Positions 34,013-40,916 of a stretch of DNA of 64,000 nucleotides are shown piece by piece. Below the pieces are notes generated by a model. The model did not search any database. It was given only the letters and a program-made list of their open reading frames with translations, and had not been told where the DNA came from. The first letter of the stretch is position 1; each line of letters begins with the position of its first letter. The translations under genes were made by a program, and so were the position numbers. Origin of the DNA: an uncultured archaeon (GTDB lineage Archaea > Nanobdellota > Nanobdellia > Pacearchaeales > GW2011-AR1); assembly GCA_903866625.1 (NCBI GenBank), contig CAIPOI010000002.1, forward strand, positions 37,063 through 101,062, read 5' to 3'.

Positions 34013-34420
34013 TTAAGATAACCTTTTAGTTAGCTCTCTTAAAATTGGAATTATTCCCCTTTCATTAGTTTTCAACACTCGAGTTTCTATCTCATGTAAA
34101 TCAAAAATGGGTTCAACTACTATTACTCTTTTATCTTTATCATTTAAATTATAATTTTGTTGAGTCCTGTTAAATTTTAGTGTAGCATGATGAGCCCTGG
34201 CATATTCTTCATCATCAACCATATATCCTATTCCTGCAAAAGATTCAACTTCAAAGCCAAGAAGAATAGCGTCTAATCCTGCTAAAGACTCAGTTTTTCC
34301 AAAAAAACAAACAGGATGATAAGCTACGCCCCCGATTTTTGCTCTTTCTTCTTCAGTATATCTGCACATCACGATTTGTTCAGGTATGAATACCGGTAAT
34401 ATTTCTGTTTCATTCTTCAT
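34013..34420 (-). CDS. Hypothetical protein
   Basis: 135-aa ORF. No family recognised. Confidence 0.4.
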   Translation of the reverse strand: MKNETEILPVFIPEQIVMCRYTEEERAKIGGVAYHPVCFFGKTESLAGLDAILLGFEVESFAGIGYMVDDEEYARAHHATLKFNRTQQNYNLNDKDKRVIVVEPIFDLHEIETRVLKTNERGIIPILRELTKRLS

Positions 34421-34474
34421 ATTGTTTCTAAAAAATTCCTACTTTTAAACTTAATTATACAGAAAAATATTTTA

Positions 34475-35332
34475 TCACAACCTTAAATTTCCATCTTGCC
34501 AATCTTTTATAATAACATAACTCGTTCTATTTTCATCAGCTACTCCACCTTTCCTTAAATGTTTCATTCCAAGGGAAAGTTCAGTTAGTATTTCTAAGGC
34601 ATTTTTATCATATTCGCTTTTTTGCTCTTTTAAATTATAAAATTCAAATATTTTTGAAACATTATTTTTAACCATAAAACTTTCAATAATTTTTATAGCA
34701 ACAACTTGAGGGTCATGTATTTTTTCTAAACTTTTTGCTGCAATCATCGCAAGTTTTGATTCTTCTTCATATTCTAGAGGTATTACTCCGGGAGTATCTA
34801 TAAGTTTTATTTCATTATTTGCTTTTATCCAATGAATTCCGTGGGTTGTTCCAGCTTTTTTTGAAACAGCTACTTTTTTCTTGAAAGACAGAGCATTAAT
34901 TATGCTTGATTTTCCAACATTAGGGTAACCTACAATTCCAACTACAATATCTCCTTTTGCTTCTCTGTATGGCTTTTTTATAATTGGTTGATTATAGAAA
35001 TCCGGTCTTTTTCCATACTTTGCAAAAACTTGTCTAATTTTAGCAAGTAAAGTTTTAACTGTTCTTGTTTGCCTGTTTGAAATATAAACAATTTCTGTTT
35101 TTCTTTCTTTATCATCAAATTCTTTAGTGAGCTCTGCAACATTAACCTCTAAATCTTTTCTAGATATCAAATCTGCTTTATTCATAACAATTATAACCGG
35201 CCTTCCAAGCTTAACAAGTAATTCTTCTACTTGTTTATTTCTTGACAGCTGAGGAAATCTTGCATCTATAACTTCCAGTATAATATCTGATTCTCTAACA
35301 ATTTGTTCTATTAAGTCCCAATAGCGTTCCAT
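34475..35332 (-). CDS. Circularly permuted GTPase (YlqF/RbgA/Nug-type ribosome biogenesis GTPase)
   Basis: G4 NKADL precedes G1 GYPNVGKSS and G3 DTPG. Confidence 0.75.
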   Translation of the reverse strand: MERYWDLIEQIVRESDIILEVIDARFPQLSRNKQVEELLVKLGRPVIIVMNKADLISRKDLEVNVAELTKEFDDKERKTEIVYISNRQTRTVKTLLAKIRQVFAKYGKRPDFYNQPIIKKPYREAKGDIVVGIVGYPNVGKSSIINALSFKKKVAVSKKAGTTHGIHWIKANNEIKLIDTPGVIPLEYEEESKLAMIAAKSLEKIHDPQVVAIKIIESFMVKNNVSKIFEFYNLKEQKSEYDKNALEILTELSLGMKHLRKGGVADENRTSYVIIKDWQDGNLRL

Positions 35333-35503
35333 AAGAATAAGAGGAATTTAGGGTTTTTAAGGTGATTTATCAGAATCTTCAGAACTTTCTTCAGCTACTT
35401 CGAGAGAATTACCAAGATTATTACCAAACTCGCTTATTTTTTCTAAGATTTTATCTATGCTTTTTTTATTAGAGTTTTGTTTATCTGAAACCTTCATATT
35501 AAT

Positions 35504-35890
35504 TTATTCTCTTCTCAACAAATAACCTCTGCAATTTTCACTCTGGCACTCGCATTTTATTCGGATAGCATCAGGGCCTTCTGTTCGGTTATAATCAACA
35601 GTTATCTCTTCTCCAGCCAGGATGGGTCTAAGTGAAAAAAGACAAGGTGTTGAAGAAGCATCAATAAGTGTTGATAGCTCTGAATTAGGATTGCAAGAAT
35701 GATTAACATAATTTAATACTTCTTCATCAGAGACCCATAAATTTGTAGCAATTCTAGCACATCTCGGTAGTGGTTTATTAAAGACTTTGCTAAGTGGAAT
35801 TTCATAAAAAGTTTCTCTATCCGAGATTTGTCTTTCTGTAAATATTCCTGTTCCGTGTATTCTACTTGGTTTTTTTACTAGATGATTCAT
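35504..35890 (-). CDS. SET-domain protein lysine methyltransferase
   Basis: RIHGTGIFT, NHSCNPN and EEITVDY, plus post-SET CECQSENC. The ATG at 35890 lies 1 nt after the upstream stop; the track start at 35956 overlaps by 65 nt. Confidence 0.8.
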   Translation of the reverse strand: MNHLVKKPSRIHGTGIFTERQISDRETFYEIPLSKVFNKPLPRCARIATNLWVSDEEVLNYVNHSCNPNSELSTLIDASSTPCLFSLRPILAGEEITVDYNRTEGPDAIRIKCECQSENCRGYLLRRE

Positions 35891-35891
35891 T

Positions 35892-36287
35892 TTATCCTCC
35901 AAACTTTGGACCAAAATCCCGCAGCCAAGCTTCTGATCTAAACTGTCCAAGCCCATTAAGAATTCCAGTAATTTTTTGCACGAGAGTTGTACTTTTCTTT
36001 CTCTTTTCTATCTCAGTAAGTAATGTTTGTCTTACATATTCGACTTCTTGAGGGCCAATTTGTCTTCCAAAATGTATTCCATCCATAAGAAGGAGAAAAT
36101 AACCTTCATGAGCTACTTCTTTAGGTGCGGCAAATTTCTTAGGATAAGATTCATGTAGGGCTTGTTCTAGTCCAATCTGATAATTCTCTAGTGCGTGAAT
36201 TCTATATTGTCCGCCATAGCCTCTTAAATCATTATCAAGATGTTTGAGATGCTCTCTTACATAAGGGGGTAAATAATGTTTTGTCAT
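35892..36287 (-). CDS. Hypothetical protein (operon member)
   Basis: 131 aa. 4-nt overlap with the upstream methyltransferase gene. No family recognised. Confidence 0.5.
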   Translation of the reverse strand: MTKHYLPPYVREHLKHLDNDLRGYGGQYRIHALENYQIGLEQALHESYPKKFAAPKEVAHEGYFLLLMDGIHFGRQIGPQEVEYVRQTLLTEIEKRKKSTTLVQKITGILNGLGQFRSEAWLRDFGPKFGG

Positions 36288-37039
36288 TTTGTTACTTTAA
36301 ACCCCTGGAAGATATCGTGTTCTCTATAATTTCTCCAGTAATCTAGAGGTAGTGTTAATAATCCCTCTGTAGAGACCACATTTCGACAGCTATACCATTC
36401 AATTTTTTTAAATCCGGCTCTTGCAGCGGCTTCTTGATAACTGCTTTTAGGCCAATCATTTATTTCTGCACTAAACTGTTGTTCTCCAACAGTTCTTGTA
36501 AATCTAAATCTCGGAATATTTGGAGATTCGGGTAAGGATTCAATTCTTTCGTAAACTCTATCGCTATTTGCTCTTCCACCATTAAATCCTTGCTCAACAA
36601 GATGGTTTTGAAAACCTATGAAATCAGCATTTTTTAATAGATGCGGATAAACTCTTGAAAACACTTCGTTCATTTGTTTCTGACTTCTTATATAGTTAAG
36701 CATAAGAATAGAAACCGCATGATCAAATGTAGGTCTTAATTCAGGTAATTTTTCTGCATCCAAACAATAATAGTCTATGCCTTGTTTTCTTTTCGTTTCT
36801 TCCGCATTTGCTAAGTCTATCATTTTTTGTGAGCTATCTATTCCTAAAATGCAGGCACCCATTTCTGCCAGTATTCTGCTGGTATAACCATATCCACAAC
36901 CAATATCAAGAATATGTTTGTTCTTTATGTTTCCAAGAAGCATAAGGAGTGTTGGAGTAATAGAATATCTTTTTACATAATGTGTTTCATCTGCTTCTTG
37001 ATATTTTTTAGCAAGTGCGTCGAATTGTGGATCTGTCAT
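36284..37039 (-). CDS. Class I SAM-dependent methyltransferase
   Basis: Motif I ILDIGCGYGYTSRILAEMG. Post-I ILGIDSS. Confidence 0.75.
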   Translation of the reverse strand: MTDPQFDALAKKYQEADETHYVKRYSITPTLLMLLGNIKNKHILDIGCGYGYTSRILAEMGACILGIDSSQKMIDLANAEETKRKQGIDYYCLDAEKLPELRPTFDHAVSILMLNYIRSQKQMNEVFSRVYPHLLKNADFIGFQNHLVEQGFNGGRANSDRVYERIESLPESPNIPRFRFTRTVGEQQFSAEINDWPKSSYQEAAARAGFKKIEWYSCRNVVSTEGLLTLPLDYWRNYREHDIFQGFKVTK

Positions 37040-37479
37040 TTTCTCTCTCCAATTAATTGTTTTCTTTTTGCTTCAAGATGTTCAATCTCTATTCTTATAA
37101 AATTTCTAACACCAAATATAAGTAAAAATGAAAATACAAGCCCAATTTCCATACCAACAACAAGATTTTTGAAAGTATATCCAATCAAGGCACCAGCAAC
37201 AACAAAATTTATAACTAACTTAGAGATTTCTATATTTCTCAGTTTATGAAGCGGATTCTTAAATAATTTTACTAAATTATCTATAAGAATGAACACGCCC
37301 AGAGCTGCAGCTATACTTCTTACTATAGAAACATCTAATTGCTCTTCTTGAAGTGCACTTTCTGCAGCAAATTTTGCAGTCTCTAATCTATTTATGGGTT
37401 CTTCTAAAGTGCTTGGCATAATGGTTTCAGAATTATTTATAAGTCCCTGCTCGGCTTTCATTAAAGTTAAATCATTCAT
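37036..37479 (-). CDS. Hypothetical membrane protein (about 3 TM)
   Basis: Hydrophobic segments AAALGVFILI, FVVAGALIGY and GLVFSFLLIFGV. Overlaps both neighbours by 4 nt. Confidence 0.5.
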   Translation of the reverse strand: MNDLTLMKAEQGLINNSETIMPSTLEEPINRLETAKFAAESALQEEQLDVSIVRSIAAALGVFILIDNLVKLFKNPLHKLRNIEISKLVINFVVAGALIGYTFKNLVVGMEIGLVFSFLLIFGVRNFIRIEIEHLEAKRKQLIGERK

Positions 37480-37649
37480 CTTAACTCCTCCACAAATCCT
37501 TCAGGATTTGCTTCTTCAAGAATATCTATTTGTATTCTTACAAGCATGGAAGGTTTAACATGCTCGGAAAGTATGCTTGGAATAACAATCACCGATTGCT
37601 TGCCGTGCTTGGCAATTCTTTTTGTTATTGTGAATGTTTGTTTTTTCAT
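37476..37649 (-). CDS. Unannotated 57-aa AbrB/SpoVT-like (swapped-hairpin) small protein, paralogue of 42924..43094
   Basis: Below ORF-track cutoff. My translation is MKKQTFTITKRIAKHGKQSVIVIPSILSEHVKPSMLVRIQIDILEEANPEGFVEELR. Its TGA overlaps the ATG of the next gene (ATGA). About 60% identical to its paralogue over 40 aa. Confidence 0.55.
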   Translation of the reverse strand: MKKQTFTITKRIAKHGKQSVIVIPSILSEHVKPSMLVRIQIDILEEANPEGFVEELR

Positions 37650-37655
37650 CGTCTC

Positions 37656-38366
37656 TTAGAAGCTATAGCCCAAGCTAATTCCTCCCCAGTTTAGATTTTC
37701 AATTTTACTTGAAACTCCTCTTTGAGCATTGAAGAAAGCATGGGCATTGAAATTCTTGTAAGAAACTCCGAGTTTTATTCCGGGAGTTAGATGTGCTAGA
37801 CCATAAGTACCATAGTAATTATTATTCACAGAGCTCGATAGTGAAGGAGTTAAATTCACTTTAACCTTGCTATCTACTACTGGAATTGTTTTAGAAACAC
37901 TTGCACAAAATCTATCTCCATTTTCAGTTAACTCCGTTTTGTTTAAATGATTCCAAAATACTTTTGCGTCAAATTTTCCAGAATAACTTAATGTCAGTCC
38001 TTCAACAGAATCATGATCTCCAAATCTCTCGTTAGGGTAGTCCCAATATTGAGCTGTTGCAGAAGCAGTTAAATTACTAGTTAATGGAACAGAGTAAGTT
38101 AAACAATAATCTCTTTCACTTATACTTCTCTCTGAAGTAAATTGATTCTGCCATACTCCTAATTCAAGTCCTTTTACCGGATTTATACTCATCCAATCTT
38201 GTCTGCATGTTTCATTTATCGCTGGTCCAGCAGGCGAAACAAAAGCAGATACTAATGAGCTTTGTACATAAGGTTTTGGAAGTTCAAATGCTTGAGATTT
38301 TTGGAAAGGCATTAAAGCACTAGCTCCAACTAATATTCCAGCAAGAATAGATTTTAGAGAGCTCAT
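37656..38366 (-). CDS. Signal-peptide protein resembling a bacterial outer-membrane beta-barrel (TorF/Gcw_chp-like putative porin)
   Basis: Signal peptide MSSLKSILAGILVGASALMPFQKSQA. Alternating-polarity strands. GLELGVWQNQ...ERDYCLTYSV...AQYWDYPNE...EGLTLSYSG. C-terminal ...GISLGYSF ends in an aromatic residue. Confidence 0.5.
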   Translation of the reverse strand: MSSLKSILAGILVGASALMPFQKSQAFELPKPYVQSSLVSAFVSPAGPAINETCRQDWMSINPVKGLELGVWQNQFTSERSISERDYCLTYSVPLTSNLTASATAQYWDYPNERFGDHDSVEGLTLSYSGKFDAKVFWNHLNKTELTENGDRFCASVSKTIPVVDSKVKVNLTPSLSSSVNNNYYGTYGLAHLTPGIKLGVSYKNFNAHAFFNAQRGVSSKIENLNWGGISLGYSF

Positions 38367-39454
38367 TTTTTACCTCCAAAACTATAGGTATAAGCAAAAT
38401 ATCCTGCATAATCAGGTTTTGTATTTTCACTGAAACTTGCTTGAGTCCAGATTCTAAAGTTTTTACCTAGATAAGAACTTAAACCAACTCTGAATCCATC
38501 ATTATTGTTAGAAAGATTTCTATTAACTTCTTGAACTAACATAACATTTTGAACGGGTCCATAAGAACCAATATTTTCTGCAAATCTAGCATATGATTGA
38601 TTATTTCTGCTTACACTAATGTCTCCACCAACATCTCCAAACTTTTCTCCGCATTGACTTTCAGCAGTCAAATAACTAAATTGACCAACTCCCCATGGCT
38701 GAGTTGGATCTGCCCAATATCCAGGTTCAGTTAATTCAGTATTGTTTGCAAAATCTGCTTCTATAGATCTGTTTATACAGAACATACTATTTCTTCCAAA
38801 TCTAATTCTTGCTTCTCTACAATTAACTTGAGCTTTATCTCCAACCTTAACGTGTCCGTTTATTCTATAGTCCGGATTAATTCTTGTACTATACGCAAGT
38901 TCAGCTACTCTTTCTTTTCCTTTATTCTGACCAAAACCAATTTCTGCTCTAGTATCTTTATCTAATTGATAAAAATTAACCGATCTCCAAGTACCAAGAT
39001 CATTAAATGAGATTTGATTCTGTAATTCTTTAGTTGGTTTTATAGCTAAACGGGCATTAACAGAGTCAACTAAATTTGATTTTTGAAAAGAATCATAAGC
39101 TACATCAAACCAGCCATGTTCATTTTCCAATCCTCCAAGAATTCTATAAGAATCTGTATTAGAATTCTCCCCTTCTCTTTGAACTAAACTAAGTTTAGCA
39201 CTTCTATTATCTAGCGTAAGACCATAGATATTTTTATCTCCTCTTGTTTCAACTACGGCCCTACTGTCTCCATATCTGTATAGTGTTTCAGTTATGGGTC
39301 TTACAGAATTTTCGACTACTACTCTTTCATCAAGTGTAGGTTTAAATGGTTGGTAGATATGCTCACCAGCAAAGCCAGGTATAACTGAGATTACTAGAGC
39401 AAGTGCTCCGGCTGTTAAGCTTCTAAATTTATTCTTTATTGTTTTTGTTTGCAT
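38363..39454 (-). CDS. Signal-peptide, beta-strand-rich secreted protein (beta-barrel-like)
   Basis: Signal peptide ...LTAGALALVISVIPGFAG. Strand-like alternation throughout. C-terminus ...YFAYTYSFGGKK. 4-nt overlap with the next gene. Confidence 0.5.
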   Translation of the reverse strand: MQTKTIKNKFRSLTAGALALVISVIPGFAGEHIYQPFKPTLDERVVVENSVRPITETLYRYGDSRAVVETRGDKNIYGLTLDNRSAKLSLVQREGENSNTDSYRILGGLENEHGWFDVAYDSFQKSNLVDSVNARLAIKPTKELQNQISFNDLGTWRSVNFYQLDKDTRAEIGFGQNKGKERVAELAYSTRINPDYRINGHVKVGDKAQVNCREARIRFGRNSMFCINRSIEADFANNTELTEPGYWADPTQPWGVGQFSYLTAESQCGEKFGDVGGDISVSRNNQSYARFAENIGSYGPVQNVMLVQEVNRNLSNNNDGFRVGLSSYLGKNFRIWTQASFSENTKPDYAGYFAYTYSFGGKK

Positions 39455-39467
39455 TTTGTTTCTCCTA

Positions 39468-39554
39468 TTATCTCAAGAATTCGCAGTCTTGAGGCGCTGC
39501 TGCACCTCTTCCTTTTTTACTTTTTGTTATCGACTTGTGAGTTTTTTGCTCAGT
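39468..39554 (-). pseudogene. Possible degenerate relic of a third AbrB-like leader ORF
   Basis: ATG-less frame TEQKTHKSITKSKKGRGAAAPQDCEFLR*. It shares ITK and the DNA string gaattcttga with the intact copy at 42924..43094. It is flanked by the same promoter and RBS strings. Confidence 0.25.
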
Positions 39555-39684
39555 CTAAGTCTATAATCTATACATAAATAACACATATTTGAAAGGTTTA
39601 AACTTTATTATTAAAGTATATATAGTAGTATAAATGTATATACTCAATCAAAAGGTTTATATATGGGTGATACATGGGGAGTGT

Positions 39685-40038
39685 ATGATAAATGCAATAG
39701 TAGACCAAAGAAGATTTGCGATAGTAAAAGCAAAAGAAAAAGCTGAGGCTTGGGCTTGCATCGATGATGGACGAGAAATAACTCTAATTGTTGAAGAATC
39801 TAAAATAAATAATATAAAACCTATAAAAAAAGAGAAAGATTTTAGATTAATCACTTTTGATGCAAACCTAGATTTTTCACTAACCGGTTTTATTTCGAAT
39901 ATTTCTAATAAATTAGCAGAAGCTAAAATTCCTATCTTTGTAATTTCTGCATTTTCTACAGATCATATTTTAGTTAAAGAGCAATATTTGAAGAATACAA
40001 CTAAGCAATTAGAAGCACTATACTTCAAGGTAATATGA
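39685..40038 (+). CDS. ACT-domain-like small protein
   Basis: FSLTGFISNISNKLAEAKIPIFVISAFSTDHILV matches the ACT_7-type pattern. The ATG at 39685 is preferred because the TATA-like aaagtatatatag lies at 39613..39625. Confidence 0.5.
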   Translation: MINAIVDQRRFAIVKAKEKAEAWACIDDGREITLIVEESKINNIKPIKKEKDFRLITFDANLDFSLTGFISNISNKLAEAKIPIFVISAFSTDHILVKEQYLKNTTKQLEALYFKVI

Positions 40039-40916
40039 AACGAAAACTTGTAAAACAGGGTGCAGCAACTATGATGATTAGTTTGCCAACTAAATGGATT
40101 AAAGAAAATAGTCTTAACAAAGGAGACGAAGTTGATGTAATTGAATCAGAAAAAGATCTTATTATTTCTCGCGAATCTAAAGAAATAAAAAAAGAAACAG
40201 AGATAACTATAACTGTTCCTCTTCAAACAGCAGTCCAAGTTATGATTACTAATGCTTATAGAGCAGATTATCATAAAGTAAAGGTAAACTTTAAGGATAA
40301 GAGAATTTATCCAATGATCAAACAGTTAGTTGATGATCAATTATTGGGTTATGAAATAATAAAGAAAGAAGAAAACTATTGTATCATAGAAAACATAGCT
40401 TCTTTGACAGAAACGCAATTTGATAATATCTTTTCAAAGCTTCTTATGAATGTTGAAGAAACTTTTGATTATGCAGAACAATTATTTAATGGTGAACGAG
40501 TAAATTTTGAAACAACTCAGAATAAAACTAAAGAGTTTGATAATCTTTGCAGAAGATTGATTTTTAGAGAGAGAATGTCTAAGTCTGAATTAAGGGTAGA
40601 TTTTCATTCTGAACTTATGCATGCTCAAAGAGAGATTTATTTGTTATTAACCTATCTAAGCAAAAATAAATTTAAAACTGATAAGACTGAATTAGATTTA
40701 CTAAGAGAATGCAGAAAAGCTTTTGAAATGCTAAAAGAAGCTTATTACACAAAAAGTATTTCTACAATAGAAAAATTAATAGAATTTGAACATGAAGAAT
40801 ACAAAAAAGCTTACAAAGATTTAGAAAAAAGTAATCCAATTATTATTCATCATTTAATGAATGCTTTAAGAGGATTTTATTTGTGTGCTTCGCCTTTAGC
40901 AGGTATACTCATCTGA
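40035..40916 (+). CDS. AbrB/SpoVT-domain plus PhoU-like domain regulator
   Basis: The N-terminal RKLVKQGAATMMISLPTKWIKENSLNKGDEVDVIE is AbrB-like. The remainder is helical and PhoU-like. Confidence 0.65.
   Translation: MKRKLVKQGAATMMISLPTKWIKENSLNKGDEVDVIESEKDLIISRESKEIKKETEITITVPLQTAVQVMITNAYRADYHKVKVNFKDKRIYPMIKQLVDDQLLGYEIIKKEENYCIIENIASLTETQFDNIFSKLLMNVEETFDYAEQLFNGERVNFETTQNKTKEFDNLCRRLIFRERMSKSELRVDFHSELMHAQREIYLLLTYLSKNKFKTDKTELDLLRECRKAFEMLKEAYYTKSISTIEKLIEFEHEEYKKAYKDLEKSNPIIIHHLMNALRGFYLCASPLAGILI

Noticed and set aside
35357-35497. 46-aa minus-strand ORF MKVSDKQNSNKKSIDKILEKISEFGNNLGNSLEVAEESSEDSDKSP between the GTPase and SET genes
   Set aside because: It has plausible start context but low-complexity composition, no family resemblance and no coupling to neighbours. 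It is left uncalled.
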